Shown: positions 1 through 12,392 of the stretch, one piece after another | Position numbering within the stretch: position 1 is the stretch's first letter | Layout of the letters: each line of letters opens with the position of its first letter | Assembly (NCBI RefSeq): GCF_009914755.1 | Contig: NC_060930.1 | Length of the DNA: 64,000 nucleotides | DNA from: the human T2T-CHM13v2.0 reference genome, Homo sapiens | Strand: one strand, 5' to 3' | Translations under genes and position numbers: made by a program | The notes under the pieces: generated by a model | Database searches by the model: none | Seen by the model: the letters and a program-made list of their open reading frames with translations, nothing else | Told to the model about the DNA's origin: nothing

Positions 1-573
1 AAAACTAACCAGAAAACAGAGCAATGGCCTTTGAATTTCTGTATATTTCTCTGAATGTCCATATCCAAACTCAAGGACCAGATAGCTCAAGTTCAAATTA
101 TAGAAATTTTTTGAAAGTTAGAGACAAACTGTGAGAGACAGGATAGTTTCTTATGGTATTCAGCTCCGTAATGTCATTGGATACATAGACTTGACTCTCT
201 GGAAGGAATTCAGAGACCACCTGGCTAGAATCAATTAATTTAGACTTTAGTCATTTTACCTGTGTTAGCAAAGAAAAAAGTCAAAATAATAAATAATATG
301 TTTTTGAAATTCAAGTGTTTTTTTTTGTTTGTTTTTTTGTTTTTGGTTTTTTTTTCCCTTAGAGATGGGTTTAAACAGATGTATGTAGAGTTGAGCCCTC
401 AACATAAAATGTCACTTATCTCTTTGGAACCAAAATCTGAGAATGCCACACAAGCAAGTGCATACTGTAGTGATTGTTCATTTAATGAGTAACAAAAATT
501 TACATTTGTAAGGGCTTTTGAAATTTTAAAGCTCCTTCGTAGTCATGGTCTCATTATCCCCACTTGATACTAA

Positions 574-1044
<471 letters not shown>

Positions 1045-1124
1045 TGACATCTATCACTTTATTTAATTCTTACCACTACTTCTGGAATAGAAAATATAGA
1101 AACCAAATTTGCTTTACCTCTGAC

Positions 1125-1345
1125 AAATTGGGTTTGAATTCTGCCTCTGCCATACATAGTGGCTAGCTGTGCATCTTTAGTTAAGTGATTTGAATAATTT
1201 CCGAGCTTCAGTTTCCTTACATATAAAATGGAAATAATATCAACCCCATATGCTTGTCATAAAATTATATGAGATTATATGCTTAGTATAAGTTAATTTA
1301 GCAATACAAAGCACACTGTTGGTGCTCAACACTCAACAAATGTTT
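1125..1345 (+). mobile_element. MIR SINE relic
   Basis: gggtttgaattctgcctctgcc...gcttcagtttccttacatataaaatggaaataat matches the MIR core. A second, minus-strand core fragment follows at ~1348-1385. Confidence 0.7.
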
Positions 1346-1829
1346 GACATTTTACAGATGAAGAAATAGAGGCTTGAAGAGTTAATGGTGGTCATAGAAG
1401 TAGGATGTCCCTGAAGGAGCGATGAAAGCTATTCCTATCTTCAAGCCTCATACAACACTTTCTTTGTCATTCTAATATTGCTTATTTTTAGAAACAATAA
1501 TTCACACAATTCGTTTGATTTTATAAAATTAACTTGATACATTGCCCTTTGTGAGTTATATACTAATTTCTCATATCATAATTTTTCTTCCTTAAAACAT
1601 TGAATTGGTGAGAATACAACAATGGAAATATTGGTGGTATCTTGTAGTTCCAATGAAAATCTGAAAGTACAAAATTAGACCAAACCATATATTTCCATTG
1701 CTTTTACTATGTTTCATTAGCAACAATACCAGTTTTGGAAGGTGGTGTGGTCTGGTTGTCACTCTGTTGCTGACTGTCTGTGTGACTGTGGACTATATGA
1801 TTTAACTGTACTAATATTTACTGTGAATC

Positions 1830-2530
1830 TACTTTGTGCAGTAGGATCCTGGGATAAACCTAACACAGACCCTATCCTTAAGGAGTTTCCTGTCTCACTG
1901 AGAATAACAGACAAGTCATTAAATACACAACATAGTCTGATAAGCTGACATACAGGTAAATTGCACTTTAGGAACATGAAAAAATGTAAAATTCCAACTA
2001 GGGGAGTCCTAGAAGCCCTTATGGAGAAAGTACCACTGAGAAACCCTCAAAGGTGAGGCAGGATTTGGTAAGAAGAAATGAGCAGAAGTCCCAGAGGTGG
2101 GCAACCAGTGAATGTCTTTGAAAAAAAGTTACACTTTCGTCAGCACATTGGGCACATTTAGAAGGAATAATGATAGATGACTCTGCAATTACATGTTCAA
2201 TTCATTCAGATTATAGAAGGCCATGCTAAGGAGTGTGAATTTTAGGCTATGACAAATAGGTTTTTTAGATGACTCTGCAATTACATGTTCAATTCATTCA
2301 AATTACAGAAGGCCATGCTAAGGAGTGTGAATTTTAGGCTACGACAAATAGGTAATTTTGAGGTGTTTGACTTCAGTTAAAAAGATTGGTGCTGAGCAAT
2401 GAGAAATTACTTCATCAGGGAATGGGGGAAGATGGATTGGCACAGAGAAATTTAGACTCAAGAAAGCTGATAAAGAAATTAAAATAGACGATGTTTCACG
2501 AATTTGAGAGACATCTATATCTACCAATAA
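1830..2530 (-). mobile_element. L2 LINE relic
   Basis: acagaccctatccttaaggagtt and ggccatgctaaggagtgtgaatttta resemble reverse-complement L2 3' region motifs. Confidence 0.55.
2174..2353. repeat. 92-bp-period tandem duplication (2 copies, 3 mismatches)
   Basis: tagatgactctgcaattacatgttcaattcattc...gacaaataggt occurs at 2174 and again at 2266. Confidence 0.95.
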
Positions 2531-2589
2531 GATCAATAGGCTGGACTTGACTTATTTTATACACCTGTCCCAACTTTTGTTTTCTGAGA

Positions 2590-2893
2590 CAATATTTCTT
2601 AAATTGTGTTCTGTTGAATGCTAGTTCTGCTAGGTAACATGGTGTTCTATGTCAATTAAAAGGAGAATTCAGTGATGGAACAAATTGGGGAAATACTGAG
2701 TAAAATAGTAGTAGAGATGGCTTTTGACAGGACTTCACAGAGACTTATTCCCTGTGTTCATTAATGTTCATTATGTGTTTACAGAGTGGGAAGCATGTGT
2801 GTGTTACTTTCCAAGGCTGCGTGGCCATGAAATCCCTTCTAGCTTACATCTTCTGGTATCAGAGTTTTATGAAACATATTTTTTAAATGCATG
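2590..2893. mobile_element. hAT-Charlie DNA transposon relic (MER103-like)
   Basis: caatatttcttaaattgtgttctgttgaatgctagttctg...ggggaaatactgag...caggacttcacagagac resembles MER103C, with degenerate terminal inverted repeats. Confidence 0.6.
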
Positions 2894-3201
2894 TTCTATT
2901 ATGCCTATGAGATTCTCTATTGAAATTGTGATAGGCCTTGGTTCTCTGTTTTAAATGATCCATGTAGTGTAACTTCAAAAAGGTGGTAAATGCAATAATT
3001 TCAATAGAATATTTTCTCCTGATACTTAAAGAGCCACACAGAGAACACAAATTTGTAAGCCATGCATTCAGATCATCCCACATGCTGCTGATATTTGAAG
3101 GCAGAATAGTTGTTTTCTCAAATTATCCAAGAGGATATTTGGTGCTTCTTGTGGTGGGCTATAGTAGTGCCTGAACTCTATCTGGAGAGAGAATTCTCTG
3201 T

Positions 3202-3254
3202 GACTTATCAGGTCCTTTTTAGTGTTTCCCCCTCTAAAAAGGACCTGATAAGTC
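3202..3254. repeat. Perfect 21-bp inverted repeat with 11-nt loop
   Basis: gacttatcaggtcctttttag (3202-3222) is the exact reverse complement of ctaaaaaggacctgataagtc (3234-3254). Confidence 0.97.
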
Positions 3255-4149
3255 CCTGAAAGGTGGGATCAATTGACTAGATGGTAGACTAGCAGCATTT
3301 AACCCCTGGGTATCAGTGAGGTGGTAGATGTCATGACCAGAATGCCCACACATCTATCAAAGAAAGCTTGAAATCATTGTCTCAGATGAGAAGAGTTTTA
3401 AGGAGAGTCTTAAGTAAGATATGACACTTGTCAGAGGAAAATAAGAAAATTGTTCCAGATGGTTGAGATTGTGAGAGAGAGGTGAGGAGGTCAGAGGAAA
3501 CAATGACTGGAGAGAATAAGAGAGAAGAGGAATGGTGAAAACCCTTGGGGACTTGGACAGGTAACTTAAACTTGATGTGAATGGCAATAATCCCAGTAGA
3601 CAAAATCAGTAAAAAATAAATTCTAAGTTCTTTGGCATGCAAAATCAATCTTTTAGTGACCACTCTGAATTGACTAGAGAGTGCTGGCAGGGTAGGAGAA
3701 GTTTGTAATAAAATGGTATAACTTTTAAAATGAGAGGAGATCCAAGTGTTATGTATGCTGTAGTTGGTTGCTTTTTCCTGCTTTGCCACAGCGTGTTTAC
3801 ACCTTGCTGCTAAATGCACTAACTGTTCCCTATACTGTCTACCAGCAAGATGGTGATAGTGCAGTCAACACTGCCTGCTCTAGTGTTAGCAATTTTAGCC
3901 ATCTCAAAGAAATAGTTAAATAAGGCATATGCTTTTTCATTAACTACTCTCTAGACTTGGATGTATGACAAGTTTTTGCATTATTGGTTTTTTAAAAATC
4001 AAAATGTACTTTCTTATAAACTGAAAGCATTTAACTCTCTCTAAACCTGATCTTCCTCAAGTCTGCTAGAACGAAATATAGTTTGTTTATTTCTGTCCGC
4101 ACAAAACATTTGAAAGTGAACAAACTGAAGGGTATATGCTTCAGTAGTA

Positions 4150-4370
4150 GCATCAGCAGGCTATTTACACTCTGGTACTAGATTCCATGGGTGTATCTTG
4201 GGTTCACTGAATTCTGGCTGTGGGATGTACCCAAATTATTTATCCTTGTTCTTACTTGGTTTATTCCTCTTTAAAGGTAATATTTGCATTATAGAGTTGT
4301 TAGGATTGAAAAATACATTATGTATAAAGACCTCAGTGTACTTCTAGGACCATAGTAAGGTTCAAATTGT
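4150..4370 (+). mobile_element. MIR SINE relic
   Basis: atagagttgttaggattgaa...tgtataaagacctcag...catagtaagg matches the MIR 3' half. Confidence 0.55.
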
Positions 4371-4391
4371 GCTGCATTAGTCCTTGGATTT

Positions 4392-4570
4392 TTTTCATTT
4401 ATTTATTTGCCCAAAAATATTTATTACTAACCTTCTATTGCTGAAGATACAGTACTGTACAAAACAGAAAAAGCCCGCACCCTTATGAAAGTTACAGTCC
4501 AGCTAGGGAAGACAGAAAAAAAAATAAACAAGGAACATATAATGTATCAGTTATTGATAAATACTATGGC
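4392..4570 (-). mobile_element. L2 3' end
   Basis: ttcatttatttatt...aaatatttatt...gaagatacagtactgtacaaaacagaaaaagccc...ccttatgaaagttacagtccagctagggaagacag is the typical L2a terminal pattern. Confidence 0.7.
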
Positions 4571-4710
4571 ATTAGGGGTCAAATTATTGGTTTTTAATCA
4601 CTTGTAGTTTTCATGGATAGCCTAAAGCAGTGATTGGTTTATCTACATTAGGAATGGATGCATTTCTCTATTGGATGGATATGAAGGCAGATCCTTTACA
4701 CAGTATAGCA

Positions 4711-4847
4711 ATATGATCACATGATTTATGATTTATGGTCCAAACCAGGGCTCTTAAGAGGAAAAGCAGAGTTGCGGATATTATACAGGGACAATAGGTG
4801 CAAATCAGGACTGTGTCACGCACACTAGGGAGATATAATTACGCCAA
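4711..4847. mobile_element. hAT-Blackjack MITE relic (MER81-like)
   Basis: atttatggtccaaaccaggg...gggacaataggtgcaaatcaggactgtgtc resembles MER81. Confidence 0.55.
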
Positions 4848-6230
4848 TAACCAGGGACTTGAGCTAGAAGCATTTCAGGCAAGGCAGTGGTGGTATCAGT
4901 GCCATATGGCATAGGCAGCATTAGGCAAAAATGATGTAGTTCAAGTAGCAAACATCTGGACAAGGTAAAATGGATGGTGGCCAGAGGACAAATAGGTTTC
5001 ATCAATAAAGCAACTCAGAGTCAGCTGATAAATTCATTGTCCTGATGGAGGGAGGATGCCAAATGTGGCCACTTCTATCTCGGGTTTCCTGGCTCCAAGG
5101 CAGCAGGTCCCAACCTTATATGAGTTATCCTGGGCTCAACAGCCTGGCTCCCATAGGGCAGGTTAAGTTATTGTCCTTGGTGGAAAAGGAGGTATATGTA
5201 TTCCTCTAGGAGCCCACAGTGAACCCATGCTGGATAGCAAGAAGGATAATCTCTGGCTAATTTGGGTTTGGTGAATGACAGGGAGTAGTTCAGGCACCTG
5301 TAAGGCTGAGTGAGGCTCACCTTGGAGCTCCTAGATTGTTCTACTAGGGGCCATATTTTTTCAAAGGGTTTGTTCTCTTTTCTTGAGCTTCCCACCACAT
5401 CATTGAACTCCCCCTGCTAAGGATTAGAAAAAGCTCACTGATAACTGAGTACTCAAAGTGGGGATAAAGAAGAAAACCTTTATGTGAGTCTCACTTAAAA
5501 AAAAAGTTCAAATTTCCACATAAGTGTAATGAAGTAATGACTGACACTTTGGCCCTTTTCTCTCTACCTAAGGTGCTCATTGTCAGTTATTGCTAAAAAT
5601 AATCCCATCTCCCATGAGCATAATATTTTAAGGTGTCAGAATTTAAAAAATTTTAAAATATCCTTTTAATGATGTCAGTGGCCTTATCAAATATGTCACT
5701 CAAGTGTCATCATGGTCCTTTTGTTGTTGTTGTTTTGTTTTGCTACTGGTATCACCATTTTATAGGTATTGAGATAGTACATGACTTACATAACAAAGTT
5801 AAGGGGACAGTCTGGGCTAAAATTCTGGACTGTTCTGATCCCAGAGTGATAACTCAATAAACACACAACACTCTTGTATTTAAATTCACTTTAAAAGACC
5901 ATGCATTTTTAATACTATTCAAAATACTTTTCAAGTTTGGACATATATTTTTAAAAATATATTCTTATATTATTATATTTTATGACCTATTTTTTCTTTA
6001 AAAAAGAATTAATTTAGTCCCTCTTTCTTCATATCTCCATCTAACCATCCACCCAACACACATAGATTGAATGCCTGTTGAGGTGTAGCACAGACTTCTT
6101 TGCTACTCTAAAGATAAGAGAAGTATAAGAAATGGGCCCTGGATTTTCACTGAAATGACTATAGTTCAAATAACTTTCACATAGAAGATGCTTCTGACAA
6201 TTATACATTATTTGTTCCTATGTAATAATA

Positions 6231-6298
6231 ATAATCAGAATTAATATTCACATTCTTATGAGAATAATCAGAAATAATATTCACATTGTTGTAAGAAT
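6231..6298. repeat. 33-bp tandem duplication
   Basis: ataatcagaa(t/a)taatattcacatt... occurs at 6231 and 6264. Confidence 0.85.
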
Positions 6299-6659
6299 TT
6301 ACATCTACTATCTTAATTGATGTTTATAGTTTGAGTTAGAGATTATTATCCCCACTAGAGATGAGTATGGTTCACTAACTTTTCTAAATTTAAACCTAGC
6401 TCTCCTCACAGCTTACTCTCTTAGGAATTTACTGTTGCTCACAGGTGCACAATAAAATAATTCAAAATACAATTAATACAATTATGTACTGAATTACACT
6501 GACTTAGTGCTAATCTCTGGTCCTGTAACTGAACAGCAACATGGTTTGGACCTACCATTATTGCTACTCAGCTTCTATGCCTTTAACTGCAAAATAGTGA
6601 CAGTATTAGTTGCTTTAGGTTATTGCAAGGACTAAACCTATTTGTCTTTCTCTTAACTA

Positions 6660-7160
6660 AGTAATTCAAGTGATACTTTTTGACCACTTACCATGTTCCA
6701 GGCACTGTTCTGGATGTCAGGGAAAATGTAGGTGAGCAAGAGAGGCATAGTGCTGGTTCTTAGGAAACATGTAGCCAAGTAAGATAGGGAAACAAAGAAA
6801 AATGTAAGCAAATAGAAAAATTAGAAATTATAGCATGCACTATGCAAGAAATGGAATACTGAGATGAAGCATGGAAGGATCATATTGTTAGGTTATCAAC
6901 TCCGTAGGTACGGTGGTTGCATCTGTTCCATTCATTACTGTATTCCCAGTGCTTGAAATATTGTGGGCAATCAATAAATGTTAATTGAATGAATATGTAA
7001 ATAAAAAAGAGTGGAAGTGTCTTTAGGGACAGCTTCTTTAAAAAGGTGAATTGTAAGTTAAGATCTAAAAGATGAGAAGACTTGATCATGTCAAGCACAG
7101 AATAAAAGCACTTTCTAGGTTAAGAGAACAGCATGGACAAAAAGCCAGAGGTGGGCAAGA
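6660..7160 (-). mobile_element. L2 relic with an internal + strand L2 3'-end fragment (~6910-7000)
   Basis: ccatgttccaggcactgttctgga...gagaacagcatggacaaaaagccagagg. The internal piece reads tattcccagtgcttg...caataaatgttaattgaatgaat. Confidence 0.6.
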
Positions 7161-8676
7161 GAGCTCTTCTCTCTTTGTCTTGGCACTGGATGTAAGAAAA
7201 AAAGGTCCTTTTAGAATATGAAACTTGCAGTAAGATGAGTTTAGAATTTAGTATTAAAATAAATTGGTCTTAGGCCAGAATGCCACAGGAAAAGTTGCTC
7301 TGGAGGAACATTTCCTCAACTCAGGCCACGTAGAATAGGCACAGATAGTGCCCTCCTGAAGATGAGTTTACTTCTTAAAATTATAAAATGTGATATACCA
7401 TACCCTGAATAAGAGCTAACAGACATAACAAGCAGAAGGATGAGTCACAACAAATTCAGAAAATAGAACAATTTGATGAATATGATAATAAACATGTTTG
7501 AAATAATTATTGATATAGAATAAGACAGTAAAGCTATATATAATTATGAAGAAAATATGTTAATATAGGTTTGAATACCTTTCACATTGTTTCTGTTTAT
7601 TATTAAATATGTATTAATATAACTATACATGCAGTCATCTATCAACAGGAACAGCTCAGTACGTACAACTCTGACAGCAATTGTCCATTTATGCATATTA
7701 GTTGCGTAATTTCTTTCTCTTAAATTTGAACTTTATATTACTTTATTTAGTGTGCATTTGAGTTCTTCACCATGTCACAGAATACACACAATGGTGTATA
7801 TTTAGCATGCTCTAAAAATACAAAGAAAATACTAAAAGCAAAGGCCTGTGATTGATTGTACATTTAAATAAATGCACTACAGATTGAGACAAATGCGCCA
7901 AGCGTGTGTGTTTCACTCTATCGTCACACAATTGAATAAACACACATGTACAATACAATGTTTAATTGAGTGCAGCAAGTACATTTATTTTAGTGATTGC
8001 ATCATTGCATATTCAGGCAAATGCATAGGGTTCACTTTGGTGGAGCTGAAGTTCTACATATACATATGGGTTTTAAATCTTTCACTGACTTTGATAGTTC
8101 ATAAATACCCACATATTTCTATGCAATTGAAAGGAAATGTGTTTTATTTCACAAAATTTACTTTTAATAGATATAAATATATTTGAAAATAATTCTGGTT
8201 ATTGGTGCTGTAGGAAAAAACAAACTTAAAATCTCTAAACATTACTTTATCTTAAAATGTCACTGTTCTCAGTGAGGATGAAACAGGACATTTCCTTTTT
8301 GCCTGGGCAGCTTTTCTATGACTATCTCATCTGGAAATTGCAGTTCCAACTCTTTAGGCACCAAGCATCGGACTCATTTTGCTTTTGGATTATTTGCACA
8401 GCTTCGGTCAAATTCAGTATCACCTCATGCATGCATGCACATCTGAGGGCCAAATCTGGGCTATTAGATCTAAAGATCCAAATGGAGCTTGCCAGATTCT
8501 TTCATGCTTCCTTCATGCTCTATTTACATAGTTGTTCTTTTTCAGAAATGCTGCCATACACAGATTTTATGTCATTTCTATTAGTGGCATCTTGAATGGA
8601 AGAAAAAGAAAACAAAAGCTAAATAGTAGTGTTTGTTTTATTGTGTCAGCTTTCTAACATCTGTTTCATTTTCCAG

Positions 8677-8740
8677 ATGTGATGGACAGGTAGTGATGGA
8701 TGTTCGGTACAAGATACCCAAAAAGAAGTTGTTCAAGTAA
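8677..8740 (+). other. Candidate small exon (unverified)
   Basis: Branch point CTAAC at 8654, pyrimidine tract and ttccag acceptor ending at 8676. One frame is open (xCDGQVVMDVRYKIPKKKLFK*). A possible donor caa|gtaaca after 8736 would give a 60-nt symmetric exon. Confidence 0.3.
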
Positions 8741-9236
8741 CAAGGTTTATAGTTTGATCCTTTTTCCTTGAATGTACAGGCTTAATTTTAATTGTCCTTC
8801 TTTAATAGGTAGATTTTTTTTTTAATTCATGCTGTTTAACTCTTTTCACATTGAGGGATTATTAGTGGAGACATTTTCCAACAAATATTTTCAATTAGTA
8901 GAAACCTCCCAATGTTACTCTAGAGTAATGTTTTCCATAGTGAATTCTGCAAATTTAATTTCAAGTACTGTTACATGGGAAAAATATTTTGCCAAATATG
9001 TTTAAAAATATGTATATTCTAATAATATTAATTAATTTTGATTAACTGCTTGCTGGGTGTTTGGCACTCTTAATTGCTTTGCCTGAACTAATTGGTTTCA
9101 GGTTCTGTATTTTTCCCCCATTTTGCAGATGAGGAAATAGAGTTTAACATGTAAAGTAACTTCCTCATGTGTTTCTTACTTATAGATACACGAAATTCAT
9201 TAACTAAGAAGTCCTGTACAGAATTAACCTGGTTAA

Positions 9237-9505
<269 letters not shown>

Positions 9506-10539
9506 CTGGTTAACTTCTTTTTAGCCCAATTTTTACCAAACTTATTTTATGATGGAATACTTTTCATGTAAGATCTTTTAACACCCCACTTGAGGACATG
9601 CTAGATAAGGATAATACAAATAAATGATACTTATCACCTTTATAGATATTAACAAAAAATGCCTGGCCGTGCTCATAGAAAAATATAAATTTTAAAAATA
9701 AACTTGCTAATCAGTTTAGTTAAATGACATGATTTTGGTGAAAAATCAGCCAGGTTAGTCGCTTGATTTTGTCTATTTTTAATGCTTATTTGAATGTTTT
9801 GCTTATCACAGCAGGTCATTGCTGCATTATTCTAATATAGCTAGTTGAAAAGTAAAACAATTAGGTGAGCCAACGGGTCATGATGCCTTGTAACTGATTT
9901 TTCTTTCCAAATTGACTGAGTGGAATAGTTGATTTACCCTTAAAACATTTTGATGTTATTTGTATTGCCAGTGCTTTTTAATACTTTTGTAAGTTTGCAT
10001 TAGAAGGGAATTTGTATTTATTATACATATATAATTTTATTCAAAATAGATACATCTCAAAGAACAAACTATTTAACCACTGGGTAAGGTTCATGGCAAG
10101 ATGAGATATCACTGTGCTTGTTTTTAATCATGAGAAAAAAAACTAAGCTCCTTTTATTTTTACTTTTTCTGAAGTAATATTGTCTCTTTCTTGTTCACAC
10201 AACAAAGAATATATATGATAATAAAAACATACATAGCATTTACCCATTTTATATCAATTAGAGAAAAGCAAATATAAAAGAGCATAGCCTCTTAATGGAC
10301 AACACTTTAAAGATATAAAAATATGTACATATTTTCCTTTGCTGTGACAGAAAGCAATTCTGAAATCAGACAAGAAATAAAAATAAATAATTTCACAAAC
10401 TTTGAGAAGGAACTAAATTAGGCTTCAGCTTGATTCTTCTGAAATGTTTTTATTGCCATTTTATCCATCTTCTGCTTAAGATGTTGGTGAGATGATGAAA
10501 GCTGAAAAGTAAATAGGTGCTTCAATAAATGCAAACAAA

Positions 10540-11240
10540 TGAGTGCTTTCCTAGCAAAGAATTAGGGAAAATCAGCCTTTCCTCTGAAGCTAATCCCTGG
10601 ACAGCTAAAACTGTGAATTTCCCCCCTCAACATGCACACAGATGGGTTGCCACTGAGGATGACAGATGAGTTGTGTTTGGCGGGATTAATGGGCATTATC
10701 ATGTTAATGGATGCTTAGGTGAGGTCTGAGCAAGTCACAGGCCTGGGCAGAATTACTGTGGTTTACAGAACTGTGCGTGCTCATGCTCCTCTTCTCCTTC
10801 TTCTTCTTACTAATAATTAACTTGTAATGTTTAACATTTTTAGCCCCCCGAATGATCCACAGACTACTGCCTTCCTAAGTACTGAGGCATTTATAGATCC
10901 AGCATCATGTGCTCCGTCCTTTGACATGCAAAATGCAGGCAGTCCTGCCTGATTTGTCCTTCCATTGCCTTTGTGCATTCAGCTCCCTCATAATCCAGAG
11001 TCTACTTTGTTGCAATCGCTTTTGAAATCTGACATATTGATCAAGAGTTTAGCCTTAGTAACTACAGCACATATATCAACTGTTGTTGATTGTGTCAGGT
11101 CACATTTGATGGCAAGATGATCCTGTACCCAACTAGGAGAGCTTCTGCAGCTCTCATGAGTTGATTCTGTTCCCCTCAACTGGCCAGAAAGGTATGTTGC
11201 TGCATCATTGATAATGCAACAGCATTTCATAACACCTTGT
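10540..11240. promoter_or_regulatory. Candidate enhancer-like block
   Basis: Repeat-free, with TAATCC (10591), GGATTA (10683), two CAGATG E-boxes (10639, 10663) and several TAAT cores. Confidence 0.3.
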
Positions 11241-12249
11241 TCAGGGTCTGTGTGTAAGTTAAAGGTGATGGAGATATCAGCAAAGAGATTAAAAACAAAA
11301 GCATCATCAATAGTCTATAATGGCTTGCATTTCAAAATTAAGGCAAAAATCAATGAGTATTAATGTCAGACTTCTACATCCTTTTGAAATTGTCTAAAAA
11401 TGGCTGGGTGTTTTCCTATTTACTTTAATTCAGCAAACTCCTTTTCTATGAATAACTGTCAGTATTACCAAATTAAGAAACCCTTACAGATACTTGCTTT
11501 AAAAAATATTGTTGCAGAAAATAGTTTTTATATAACAAGGATTTCTCTCATACCCTACAGTAGCAATTATTTAACATGCTAGGTAGTTCCTTAAAATTCA
11601 CTTTAGCTCTTCTTTTTAAAGAGAGTATTTATACATCACTCGGGTAGGAAGAATGTGATTAAGGGGAAAATATTTCACAAGTTATTGATTTCATATAATA
11701 ATTAAAACAAATTGCTCACCAGTAGGATAATACTTACAGGTAGATAGACCAAAAGTCTGTCTGCTAGAGAGAACCTAAGTTTATTCCTATTGTGGGAGAG
11801 TGGTTGTCAACACAGCCCCCTTTTATTCACAAACGTTCGCATTTGGATGATAAACCTGTAAACCAAAGTAATGGATTTCTAAATGAGGTTGCCCCATATT
11901 CAGAGTATGTCGGAGGAGGATATTACTTGGCAGTAAGTTCCCTTTCGTTCTGCAGAGGGAGACACTGAGGAACAGAATTTCCTTCTGAGAAGAAACTAAG
12001 ACTGGAACCCAAATACTCAGATAACTCTTTCATGTCTTTTCCAGTAAAAGACTTTTAAACTTTTCGTTAAAAAAAGAAAGTATACGGTTCACTTGCATGG
12101 TGACTCTTTTGATTTAATCATTTATTTTATCTCCAATAGTTTGTTCTAAATAAAATCAAAATATCAAGTTAATTCATTACAAAATCTTTAATCACCTGAA
12201 TTGATGAAATTAAGAATGATCTATTAATCACATTAACTAATCAATTAAT

Positions 12250-12392
12250 TTTCACACCAACATTATGAGTTAGCTATTAACATTTTATAGATGAGGAAAC
12301 AGATCTGAAGAGGTGGAGTATGTTAAGAGGACACACAAATAAGAAGTTGGGGATAGACTCAGTATGCAAGGATGGCTGGCTGCAAGAGCCTC
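12250..12392 (-). mobile_element. MIR SINE relic
   Basis: cattttatagatgaggaaacaga is the MIR core in reverse orientation. Confidence 0.7.
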
